Below are positions 1 to 8,540 of a DNA stretch of 64,000 nucleotides, one piece after another (positions within the stretch are counted from its first letter, which is position 1; each line of letters opens with the position of its first letter). The translations under genes and the position numbers were made by a program. The stretch comes from an uncultured virus (IMG/VR IMGVR_UViG_3300024270_000055) (Duplodnaviria; Heunggongvirae; Uroviricota; Caudoviricetes). The stretch lies in IMG/VR virus record IMGVR_UViG_3300024270_000055; one strand, given 5' to 3'. A model generated the notes under the pieces. The model searched no databases. It was given only the letters and a program-made list of their open reading frames with translations, and was not told the origin of the DNA.

Positions 1-60
1 GAAACAACTTGTATTTCTGCCCAAGAATAATTTCCTTTGCAGAAACAAACAGCAATAGCC

Positions 61-243
61 ATGAAACAATATACCCAAGAAGAAATTGATTTCATACAGC
101 GATGGATGAACGGTGAAAGAAACGTAGAACCACCTTCCGTGGAAGAACTTAATGATATACAAGAACTTGTAAATCAAGGAAAACTCATTCCAACACCATG
201 GGAATACCAATTAGGACTTACTGATGATTACTTCAAAAAATAG
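61..243 (+). CDS. Small hypothetical protein
   Basis: ORF track 37..243; ATG at 61 is the likelier start; followed by a hairpin. Confidence 0.55.
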   Translation: MKQYTQEEIDFIQRWMNGERNVEPPSVEELNDIQELVNQGKLIPTPWEYQLGLTDDYFKK

Positions 244-269
244 CCCCTCAATCCATAAGGAAAGAGGGG
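244..269. terminator. Hairpin between convergent genes (probable terminator)
   Basis: CCCCTC...GAGGGG inverted repeat between the stops at 243 and 276. Confidence 0.5.
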
Positions 270-275
270 TATGAT

Positions 276-977
276 TTAGAACGCTAACTTTTCGGGATAC
301 CCCTGCTTGTAGTCGTAGGCAAGGATTTCCTCGACTGTAGTTAACTGCTCAGCTTCAGCCAAATGGATTTCTGTCACGTCCCATGTCGCACGGGCATAAT
401 CCAATACGGCGTAATAAAGCTGCCAGCCCATCGCAACGGTCATCGGGAAGGCAAGACCTCCGTCACGCAAGGTCACATTCTCTTCACCCTTTTGCTGGGC
501 GGTCATGAGGTTTTCCCAAACCTTGGTGCGCTTGTTTGAATCAAGCCACATGTGTACGCCGCCGATTGAGAAGTCTTCCACTTCCTTGGACTTGTCGTAG
601 CGTCTGATTTCTTCTTTCAGTCTTTCCTTGAGGAATTGAATCTGAAGATGCACAGGCACGAACACTTTAGCCCATTCAACCCATTCTTCCATTGATGGAA
701 CTTCGTAACCCATTGCATTGCCTTGGTTGACAACTGAAACGATATTGTCACCGTTTGTCGGAAGCATGAACGTTTCATTGCAAGCCATACAATATTCGGT
801 TTCTTTCTGACTGACAACAATCGGCTTCTTGTCTTCGTCCAACATAATGTTTCCGTCTTCGTCACGTTGATACACGTTTTCCATCACTGGCGTACATCCC
901 CACATCAGGAAATATTCATTGTCACTCACTTGCTTTATCGGCGCATAGTCCGATTTCTTGATCATTTCATTAATCAT
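276..977 (-). CDS. DUF4376-like phage tail-associated protein
   Basis: C-terminal KEEIRRYDKSKEVEDFSIGGVHMWLD...YDYKQGYPEKL pattern resembles this family. Confidence 0.65.
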   Translation of the reverse strand: MINEMIKKSDYAPIKQVSDNEYFLMWGCTPVMENVYQRDEDGNIMLDEDKKPIVVSQKETEYCMACNETFMLPTNGDNIVSVVNQGNAMGYEVPSMEEWVEWAKVFVPVHLQIQFLKERLKEEIRRYDKSKEVEDFSIGGVHMWLDSNKRTKVWENLMTAQQKGEENVTLRDGGLAFPMTVAMGWQLYYAVLDYARATWDVTEIHLAEAEQLTTVEEILAYDYKQGYPEKLAF

Positions 978-1003
978 ATAGCTATAATATTAAATGTGAA
1001 AAA

Positions 1004-2209
1004 TTATATTGTTATATCCGGCAGAATAAGACCGTGGATAAATTCATTCCTGATTCTGAACCGTTTCTTCAGGCTGATTTTGGAATGATGTGAACAGATA
1101 TAGAAATGGCTGTACCATTTTGCCATCCACTTCTCCAATATTCGGCGACGGATGGCGTAGCTTGAATAATGAATCATGAATCCAAGATAAGAATTTACGC
1201 TACTCCAGAAATGAACGGCTGTTTCTGTTGTAATCGGGAGCTTTTCAAACTCACGCATCTTTGACTCAAAATTATTTATTGTTCTTTTGCCTACATAAAT
1301 TCTTCCCATCTTGCTTACTCCGCCAATAAATTTGCACCCTTTAGTATAGTACTGGATGTAAATCTTGTCATCATGAAGTTCAATATGAAGCGGTTCAAGC
1401 ATCTTTCGCATTTCCGGGATGAATTTCATTATCTTGCGCTTGTCAGTGTCAATAATGAAAAAGTCATCAACATATCTTCCATAGCCTTTGAAGTTGGATT
1501 TGACATATTTGTCAAACTCTGTAAGATAGAAATTGGCAAACATTTGACTAGTCAGATTGCCAATAGGCAGACCACAATTGTCGTCATTGGTAAATAAACT
1601 TTTGTTTTTTGAAAGTCCGTTCCACATGCTATTGTGCATCTTGCGGACGCAATTCAGCTCCGGTCTGTGCATGACGATTTTTTCAGTAAGCCACAGCACA
1701 AGCTCAATATCGTTCCCCTTGTATTTTTCCTTGATGAACTTTTGTAGCATGAGCCATAATGTCGGTTTGTGTATAGACATGAAAAAGCCTTTCAGGTCAA
1801 ATTTGGCAATCCAACATTCTTTTGTATACCCCTCACTTATTTTATGAATCTGACGGTGCATGTCCTGTACACCATACATTGTGCCTTTGTACTTTCGACA
1901 GTTGTAAGTGTTTTCTATAAAGTATTCTTCAAACAAAGGTTCAAGTCTCATACAGAGTAGATGATGCACAACACGGTCACGGAAGGATGCAGCGAATACC
2001 TCCCGTTTTTTAGGACGGGTAGTAACGAATGTAATGCTTGAACCTATTTCATAAGTCCTTGCATTCACTTCTTCGTACAGCTTGTAGACTTCAGTCTCCC
2101 AATTCAGTTCGAACTGGACTGCCGTTGATTTTCTACGCTTATTGCGGCGGCATTCCTTGTATGCCGCTACAAAATCTTCAAATGATATACTACCTTGCGT
2201 GTCGTACAT
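1004..2209 (-). CDS. DGR reverse transcriptase
   Basis: Motifs FRDRVVHH, KFDLKGFF, LPIGNLTSQ (DGR-type SQ) and YGRYVDDF; 401 aa with no maturase or nuclease extension. Confidence 0.97.
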   Translation of the reverse strand: MYDTQGSISFEDFVAAYKECRRNKRRKSTAVQFELNWETEVYKLYEEVNARTYEIGSSITFVTTRPKKREVFAASFRDRVVHHLLCMRLEPLFEEYFIENTYNCRKYKGTMYGVQDMHRQIHKISEGYTKECWIAKFDLKGFFMSIHKPTLWLMLQKFIKEKYKGNDIELVLWLTEKIVMHRPELNCVRKMHNSMWNGLSKNKSLFTNDDNCGLPIGNLTSQMFANFYLTEFDKYVKSNFKGYGRYVDDFFIIDTDKRKIMKFIPEMRKMLEPLHIELHDDKIYIQYYTKGCKFIGGVSKMGRIYVGKRTINNFESKMREFEKLPITTETAVHFWSSVNSYLGFMIHYSSYAIRRRILEKWMAKWYSHFYICSHHSKISLKKRFRIRNEFIHGLILPDITI

Positions 2210-2236
2210 TCCCTAAACTTTTTAATATCACATATT

Positions 2237-2342
2237 CCGAGAACGCCCGCACCCGATTGTTGTTGTTCAGATTGTTGTTGTTCACGTTGCCGTCACTCCA
2301 ATTGAGTATCCAACAGTTGCGGTTGCTGCTGTTCACGCCCCA
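2237..2342 (-). repeat. DGR template repeat (TR)
   Basis: Aligns gap-free to 2964..3069; AAC-rich (reads WGVNSSNRNCWILNWSDGNVNNNNLNNNNRVRAFS); lies between avd and RT. Confidence 0.97.
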
Positions 2343-2469
2343 CACTTCCACTACCTTGTTCGTAACCGTTCCTCTATACTTTCAAGAGACGTCGGTGGGA
2401 AGCCTTATATAAAAATTAAAAACACACCCGATGAAGTCGTGACCGCACCGGTTCCGGTCAAGCCGACAG

Positions 2470-2826
2470 TTATCTTGAACTTCCCGATGAAGAGCTGTTT
2501 TTCCACCCCGTCACTTGACGCTCGATACTTACAGCCTTTTCGGTTAGTCTGCCCAAACATCTTGTCTTTAGAATCTGCTCGTCAGCACAAAGCCGAATAA
2601 TCATACGTGCAGATTCAAAGTCTATAAGAAAATCAGTCAACGCAGCAATTCTTTCAGTTTTGTTGCGATTGGCACGGGCAAGATGTTGTGGCAATTTGAT
2701 ACAGAGTCTCAACAATTCTTCTCCGATTGTGTAACGCTCGAACCTTGGAAAATTCTTCAATTCCTTCATTGCCAACCGTGTGAATTCATATGTATCTCTG
2801 TATACTTTCAGCTCGTCTGTACGCAT
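2470..2826 (-). CDS. avd: DGR accessory variability determinant (four-helix bundle)
   Basis: 118 aa, basic and helical, with FPRFERYTIG and RQVTGWK motifs; located between target and TR. Confidence 0.9.
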   Translation of the reverse strand: MRTDELKVYRDTYEFTRLAMKELKNFPRFERYTIGEELLRLCIKLPQHLARANRNKTERIAALTDFLIDFESARMIIRLCADEQILKTRCLGRLTEKAVSIERQVTGWKNSSSSGSSR

Positions 2827-2873
2827 AACTTGAACCTTTATGTTTGAAGAACGCTATTTTTATCAATTGATAT

Positions 2874-2955
2874 TTTTACGCCCCTTTCCCCTAAAGGCGG
2901 CTGCGCCGCCCATTCGCCCTTCGGGACGAATGAAAGAGGAAAAGGGGTAAAGGGG
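2874..2955. promoter_or_regulatory. DGR target-recognition hairpins downstream of VR
   Basis: GGCGGC-TGC-GCCGCC (2896-2910) and CATTCG.CCC-TTC-GGG.A.CGAATG (2911-2932), inside an imperfect outer inverted repeat. Confidence 0.75.
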
Positions 2956-4812
2956 CTATAAAGCCGAGAACGCCCGCACCCGACCGGTGTAGATCAGATA
3001 GCTGCCGGTCACGTCGCCGTCACTCCAACCGAGCATCCAACAGTAGCGGCCGCTGCCGTTCACGCCCCAGAACGTAGATGTCCAGTAATACGCTGAGGTG
3101 AGCGCTGTACCACCAGCCTTGGTAAGAGCTGCGTCAACGGCAGTCTTGTTGCTGTATGCAGCCCACATTTGACCAAGTGAAGGCAGGAAGCCCTTCTTTC
3201 CCGACGGGAAGGAGAACGCATTACACCAGCCTGCCGCATAACCAGTTCCGCTTTGCAGTTTCATGATATTGGTGGTGTTTGTTGCACCATCATAATCGGC
3301 CTTGGCTTGCGTTTCATCGGATATTGCGGTCATGTAGTTTTCCAGTGTTCCTGAATAACTGCTGTGGATTTGCATCGTATCGGATGCTTCCGTCAATGCG
3401 ATACCGAATCTGCAATTACTTGTAATGACAGCTACGCAATCGGCTGTATATGTACCATCCCAAGCGTCAGTGGTGTGATAATACCCTTCAGTATCTTTGA
3501 TGTACACGCCATTGGTCGGATTTGTAGTACCGGGGCGATAGGTATACGCCACGCTCACCGTTCTAGCTCCGCCTGCTACAGCCGTATATGGTCCGAATGA
3601 TTCCGTCACTATATATCCGCTCACGCTGGAGGCATACACATAATAAACAGTTCCCTTTGCAATCGAGAATGCCTTGGTTGCCGATGTCGATGTTCCCAGT
3701 ACATTTCCGCTGCTGTCCTTTACTGTTATCGTAAACCCCGAAGTCAAACCGCTGACGTTTACGGTCAGCGTTTCATTGGCAAGCTTGTACTCCATTGTGG
3801 CGGAATAGCTTGCCTGCGAAGCCGTGCGGTTCGTGATGGACGTCGGCGTAGTATAGTTTGTCTTTTCATCAGCCGTAATGCTGTACGTTGTTCCGAATGC
3901 CACCTTCTGAGTACATGTTCCGGTTGCGGTCAATGTATGAGACTTGCCGTTAATGGTAATTTTCTGACCTGCCACGCTTGCTCCATCTTCAGCGGTCACT
4001 GTAACGGTCACAAGCTCAGTTTGGTATGTGCCTGTCTTGGTCTGCGACGTTCCTGATGTTGTGAATGTTTCAGTCGGTGCTTTATAATCCGTAACTGCAC
4101 TCCATGTGATTGTACAGCTGGCTCCTGTCGGGACTTTTGTTGTACCTCCGCTTGAAAGTGTTACTGTATCCATGCCTGACGCTGCAACAGTACAGGTAGC
4201 GCCACTGATGTCAGTATGGGAACTTTGGTTGGTGATTGACTTTACAGTAAGTATGGTTGTACTGTAAGTTCCGGTCTTTGTCATAGAATCCTGAGAACAT
4301 GTGAGACCTGTAACTGCGGCAGGAGTCGCATATCCGTTTACCGCACTCCATGTAATGCCTACGCCGGTTGTTCCATAAGGAATCATGACCGAGCCTCCTG
4401 AAGCCAATGTTGCCGTTTTGCTTGTACCATCCTCGCTGTAAGTTACGGTAGCTTTTGCGTTGGCAATATCAGTGTGGGAACTTTGGTTGGTTGTCATGCT
4501 CACGGACAGGTTACATGTTTTGTATGTTCCCGTTACGTTTCGTGAGTTCCCTGCAACGGCTGTTGAAGTGAAAGAATCTGGAGTCTTGTAACCTTCAACT
4601 TTCGAGTATTCAACTGAATATTCCACGTAGGGAGGGATGTTTACGGAAATTTCCGTGCCTTCCCATGTATATTCAACACTTCCACCCGGATGGGTTACGG
4701 TGATCGTCGCTCCAAGCAAACCGTCATGGCTAGCTTGATTGGATAAGAGAGAGAGGTTCAGGATTTCTCCCTGAAGCCCTCCACCTCCAGTTGCGTTGGT
4801 TATTCCTATCAT
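2956..4812 (-). CDS. DGR target: tail-fibre tip/adhesin with Thr-rich beta-sandwich repeats and a C-terminal CLec-like variable domain
   Basis: About five repeated 80-aa Ig/PEGA-like units; C-terminal GFLPSLGQM...YYWTST...RVRAF CLec-type pattern containing the VR. Confidence 0.9.
   Translation of the reverse strand: MIGITNATGGGGLQGEILNLSLLSNQASHDGLLGATITVTHPGGSVEYTWEGTEISVNIPPYVEYSVEYSKVEGYKTPDSFTSTAVAGNSRNVTGTYKTCNLSVSMTTNQSSHTDIANAKATVTYSEDGTSKTATLASGGSVMIPYGTTGVGITWSAVNGYATPAAVTGLTCSQDSMTKTGTYSTTILTVKSITNQSSHTDISGATCTVAASGMDTVTLSSGGTTKVPTGASCTITWSAVTDYKAPTETFTTSGTSQTKTGTYQTELVTVTVTAEDGASVAGQKITINGKSHTLTATGTCTQKVAFGTTYSITADEKTNYTTPTSITNRTASQASYSATMEYKLANETLTVNVSGLTSGFTITVKDSSGNVLGTSTSATKAFSIAKGTVYYVYASSVSGYIVTESFGPYTAVAGGARTVSVAYTYRPGTTNPTNGVYIKDTEGYYHTTDAWDGTYTADCVAVITSNCRFGIALTEASDTMQIHSSYSGTLENYMTAISDETQAKADYDGATNTTNIMKLQSGTGYAAGWCNAFSFPSGKKGFLPSLGQMWAAYSNKTAVDAALTKAGGTALTSAYYWTSTFWGVNGSGRYCWMLGWSDGDVTGSYLIYTGRVRAFSAL
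2964..3069 (-). repeat. DGR variable repeat (VR)
   Basis: 18 mismatches to TR, all at TR adenines; invariant GC-rich 3' end CGGGTGCGGGCGTTCTCGG. Confidence 0.97.
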
Positions 4813-4858
4813 AATCTTAATTGTTTAAATGTTATTATTGAGTACTAATGCTTCGGCT

Positions 4859-5413
4859 TTATGCTGCCTTTCTTTCGACTCTTGGAACGTAGGTTACGTT
4901 CCAGTTGCGTGACGACTGGGACGCCACGATTCCCGTCTGCGATGCGGGTGTCGAGTATCCGCTGAGTGCTTGCGGCACTACGGAATATGTCGTTCCGAAC
5001 GGCACTTTCTGCGTGATTGCTGTTCCGTTCCATGTGTGGGACTTTCCGTTGATTGTCACCTTCGCGCCGTTTACCGATGAGTTGTCGTCAGCACCCAATG
5101 TGACGCTTACTGCTTCCGTTTCGTACTTGGCGTTCAGCGTACGTCTGTTGCCGTTCTGTGCCGTATATGTAACGCTTGACGGCTTGCGGTAGCCTTCCAC
5201 TTCCCCGAATGTCACGGTGTAGTCCACATAGGCGGGCACGTTGACGGTAAGTGCAATCCCTTCCCATGTGTATGTCTTGGATGCACTGCCGTATTCCACG
5301 GTAAAGGTTGCACCAAACAAGTCCTCGTGGGACAACTGGTTGGTCAACAGGGAAAGGTTCAGCATTTCGACCTCACCCTGCTTCTTTCCTAATGCATTCG
5401 TACTTCCTTTCAT
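4859..5413 (-). CDS. Short paralog of the DGR target (N-terminus plus two repeat domains, no CLec/VR)
   Basis: LNLSLLTNQLSHEDL...YTWEG...VEGYRKP and KVTINGKSHT...TQKVPFGTTYS match segments of 2956..4812. Confidence 0.85.
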   Translation of the reverse strand: MKGSTNALGKKQGEVEMLNLSLLTNQLSHEDLFGATFTVEYGSASKTYTWEGIALTVNVPAYVDYTVTFGEVEGYRKPSSVTYTAQNGNRRTLNAKYETEAVSVTLGADDNSSVNGAKVTINGKSHTWNGTAITQKVPFGTTYSVVPQALSGYSTPASQTGIVASQSSRNWNVTYVPRVERKAA

Positions 5414-5414
5414 G

Positions 5415-6248
5415 TTACTTATGGATTATAATTGTTGGAACAGTTATTGATACATTCTTCTTGGAGTAGATGCGTACCACATCCGTCATCGTTTCGCATA
5501 CCATAGCGTAGTCACCGCTTACGGCATCCGCCTGACTGAACACGACTTCCGCAAACATGGCGGCAGTAGCACCTGTACATGTCATGTCGCAATGGTATCC
5601 GAAATCGGAATAGGTGGAGTCTTCCACCCAATTGGAAGCCGTCACGTTTTCGAACTTCAATATCTTGTCCTGCTTGTTTGCAATACTTTCATTGATTGCG
5701 TCTACTACGTCAGCATTGTTCTTTAAAGCAGCCGAAAGTTCCCCGATGGTATCAAGTGTTTCGGGTGCTTCACCTACAAGGTCTGCGATAGCCGTACTTA
5801 CATCCGTCTTGGTTGCGTAGTCACCCTTCTTCTGATAGGTGCTTTCCGCTTCCGTCTTTGGGAGCAAGTGCGAAATGTCTTGGTGCGAAGTCAGATAACC
5901 GCTATCATTGGTAAGTTCACTTACCTTTGTAGGTAACGTATACCATGCCGAATTTGTTTCAGTTATGTCCTTGCATACCGCAATGCGGTAATCGTTTCCT
6001 ACCGCCCATCGGCAAAGCTGACCAACATGGAAATGGTTGGTGCTTCCGTCCGTATCAATGTATGTCAGTGTGGACGACGTTGGGGCGGCAGACAAGGTAG
6101 GACAATAGGCATCACGGGAGAGAAGCTCGATGAACCTGTCCTCCGAGATTTCCAGTTCCTTGCAAATATCTTCTAGTCTTGAACCAATCATCTTGTAGGA
6201 TTTACCGCCCACGTTGATGACCAAGTTCTTCGTTTTTATTTCTGCCAT
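5415..6248 (-). CDS. Tail fibre/adaptor protein
   Basis: PTKVSELTNDSGY and APETLDTIGELSAAL tail-fibre motifs; C-terminal domain shared with 8541..10895. Confidence 0.7.
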   Translation of the reverse strand: MAEIKTKNLVINVGGKSYKMIGSRLEDICKELEISEDRFIELLSRDAYCPTLSAAPTSSTLTYIDTDGSTNHFHVGQLCRWAVGNDYRIAVCKDITETNSAWYTLPTKVSELTNDSGYLTSHQDISHLLPKTEAESTYQKKGDYATKTDVSTAIADLVGEAPETLDTIGELSAALKNNADVVDAINESIANKQDKILKFENVTASNWVEDSTYSDFGYHCDMTCTGATAAMFAEVVFSQADAVSGDYAMVCETMTDVVRIYSKKNVSITVPTIIIHK

Positions 6249-6276
6249 ACTAATTTCTTATTGCTTTTGAAAGAAA

Positions 6277-6308
6277 GAAAGCCCGCCCGATGGACGGAAC
6301 GGGCTTCC
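6277..6308 (-). terminator. Intrinsic terminator-like hairpin
   Basis: AAGCCCG...CGGGCTT stem with an adjacent A-rich tract (U-rich on the minus strand). Confidence 0.55.
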
Positions 6309-6327
6309 ATAATCGCTTCTCAGTCTA

Positions 6328-7326
6328 TTACTCAACTGTGATAGTCAAAGTAGCAGATGCTTCATCGTAAGATGAGCTTACCTTGTTAGCACCAGCAGTG
6401 ATGCCGTCCAACTTGGTCTTGTTGGCATCAGCGATAGACTTGGCTGAGTTCCAGTTGGTACGTTCTTCAGCAGTGATGTGACGAACTTCGTCAGCGATGT
6501 GGTTGTCAACCTTGGTGTTGATTGGCTGGACAGTGTTGGTGTCGTAAGCACCCAACTTAGCGTCAATCTGGTCAGCAACAGAACCCGCACCACCTGAGAG
6601 TGAGTTCAAGTCAGCCTTAACCTTGTTGATTTGAGCGAAAGCAGAGCCGTCAGCGTTAGCTTCGTCACCCTTCTGACCAACCAACAATTCCAAAGCGTCA
6701 ACTTCGTTCTGTGCAGTCTGAGCCTTGCCGTCAGCAGCTACAGCCTTTGCGTCAGCAGCAGCAGCAGCGTCCTTGGCTTCTTGGATGCCTGTTTCAGCAG
6801 CAGTCTTGTTGTCACCGATAGTCTTGTTTACGGCTTCAATCTGAGCGTCTACATACTCAGTCTTGGCGTAAGCGGACAAATCCATATCAGCCTTGAACTT
6901 GCCGAGCAATTCCCACTTGCTGCCGTCCCACAAGTATTCAGCGTAGCTGTTGCCTTCAACGCCCGATGCGTCCAAAACAACGTGAATCTTGCTTTCGTTA
7001 CCAGCTTCAGGAGCAGAAGGGAGAGATTCAACAACCTTGAATGCAGCAACGTCCAAAGTAGTGCTGATAGTACCGTCTTCAGCGATTGCGATACCAGCAC
7101 CAGCAGTCAAGGACTTCTGCAAGTTGCCCAAGTCAACAGCCTTGCTTGTTACAGCCAATTCCTGACCGTTCAAGGTAATCTTTTCGATTACGTTCACCTG
7201 TGCGCCTTCAGCGATGCCTTCCAACTTGGCTTTCAAGTCGTTTGTAAAGTCATTTTCTGACCAACCTGTGTTGTAGCTCACTCCGCCCCAATTGAGGACT
7301 TTCAAATTCTTAATCAAATCTGCCAT
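6328..7326 (-). CDS. Putative tail-fibre/structural protein
   Basis: AQVNVIEKITLNG, YAEYLWDGSKWELLG, Ala-rich coiled coil; tail context. Confidence 0.6.
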   Translation of the reverse strand: MADLIKNLKVLNWGGVSYNTGWSENDFTNDLKAKLEGIAEGAQVNVIEKITLNGQELAVTSKAVDLGNLQKSLTAGAGIAIAEDGTISTTLDVAAFKVVESLPSAPEAGNESKIHVVLDASGVEGNSYAEYLWDGSKWELLGKFKADMDLSAYAKTEYVDAQIEAVNKTIGDNKTAAETGIQEAKDAAAAADAKAVAADGKAQTAQNEVDALELLVGQKGDEANADGSAFAQINKVKADLNSLSGGAGSVADQIDAKLGAYDTNTVQPINTKVDNHIADEVRHITAEERTNWNSAKSIADANKTKLDGITAGANKVSSSYDEASATLTITVE

Positions 7327-7378
7327 AATCTTGATGCGATTTAAAAAAGTTAAACAATAAAAAAACTAATACAAGTAT

Positions 7379-7777
7379 TTAGAACAGCACCAGTGTACCA
7401 GTGCTTTCGTCATACGTCGATTTCTTGGAGATTGCCGAAGCAATCGAGCCGACGGCTTCCTCGTTCTCAGCGATAGCCGTAGCCATGTTCTCAGCAGCTT
7501 CGTCTCCGAATGTAAGCGAACGTGAGATGATTTCCGATTCGGGAACTACCTCATTCACTGCTGCGTTTTCAATTTCGAACCCTCCAATCTCCTTTGACTT
7601 CAAGGAGATGATTCGGTATTCCTTCTGTTCGTCTTCCACCCAAACAGTACCTCCGATGGCGGGGTTGTCGATGGAATAGATTTCCTCGAACGTGCTTACA
7701 CGTTCTCTCTTGTCCGATGGTGTATTGATGGTACTCGGCTGCGTAGCCCCACCGATGATGATAGTATTGTCTGCCAT
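7379..7777 (-). CDS. Hypothetical virion-associated protein
   Basis: 132-aa ORF tightly packed in the tail operon. Confidence 0.6.
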   Translation of the reverse strand: MADNTIIIGGATQPSTINTPSDKRERVSTFEEIYSIDNPAIGGTVWVEDEQKEYRIISLKSKEIGGFEIENAAVNEVVPESEIISRSLTFGDEAAENMATAIAENEEAVGSIASAISKKSTYDESTGTLVLF

Positions 7778-7783
7778 ATCCTA

Positions 7784-8536
7784 TTAGTTTACATAAATGA
7801 ACATTTCACCTTCGGTGGTCATCATTTCTCCGTAGGCACGGTACTGTACCCCGTCGATGGTAACGACATTCTCACCGTTTGAACCCATGATTTGGGTATT
7901 GAAAGCCATCTGACCGCCGAAACCGTTGTCCTTGGTAGCCGAATAGCTTGTATCCATCGGGATAAGCACAACCACCTTGTCGCCTTCTTCCATCACGCCG
8001 CACGATGTCTTGCCCATCTTTCCCGAAGGTACGGAAATGATGTGGTTTTCGGGGGACACGAGCATATCCGAGGTGATTTCCGCATAGCTTGTCAACTGGT
8101 TCACCAAGTGACCGTAGAAGATGTATGCCACCTCTGGTTTCGGGAGACCGTACACGAAGTTGAACGACACCTTGTAGCCTTCCTCGAAAGCACCGCACTG
8201 GTTGTTCATCAGTGAGCTTCCGCATGAAGCACCAATCACCTTTCCCGTGCTGTGACGGAGGATTACGGGTCTTGCACCGCCAGTCCATCTCGGTTCGGGG
8301 TCGCTGATGGTGATGTCGCACTTCAGTTCACCGCTACCAACCTTGCGTGAATCAAGGAGTGCAAAATACTTGTCGCCCTCTTCCATCTGAATGTGAATGA
8401 GGTCATTCTTGTGGAATGTCTCACGTCTGTTGGTGTACACGAAGAACGACACGTTGAAGTCAAGGTCACGCATCAGAGTTCCCTTGATGCTCTCGACCGT
8501 TATCTCAATGATATAACCTGTTCCTTGTAGTTCCAT
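7784..8536 (-). CDS. Hypothetical tail-associated protein
   Basis: 250-aa beta-rich ORF in the tail operon. Confidence 0.6.
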   Translation of the reverse strand: MELQGTGYIIEITVESIKGTLMRDLDFNVSFFVYTNRRETFHKNDLIHIQMEEGDKYFALLDSRKVGSGELKCDITISDPEPRWTGGARPVILRHSTGKVIGASCGSSLMNNQCGAFEEGYKVSFNFVYGLPKPEVAYIFYGHLVNQLTSYAEITSDMLVSPENHIISVPSGKMGKTSCGVMEEGDKVVVLIPMDTSYSATKDNGFGGQMAFNTQIMGSNGENVVTIDGVQYRAYGEMMTTEGEMFIYVN

Positions 8537-8540
8537 ATCT

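Larger units (their letters stand above)
1004..4812 (-). mobile_element. Diversity-generating retroelement (target-VR / avd / TR / RT)
   Basis: RT, Avd-like gene and a 106-bp TR/VR pair differing only at TR adenines. Confidence 0.98.

Noticed and set aside
1004..2209. RT as group II intron, retron or Abi RT
   Set aside because: SQ motif, adjacent Avd and an adenine-specific TR/VR pair identify a DGR
2958..4862. 10-bp inverted match (ATAAAGCCGA / TCGGCTTTAT) bracketing the DGR target as an invertible segment
   Set aside because: Too short to distinguish from chance, no adjacent invertase, and inversion would not create a sensible fusion
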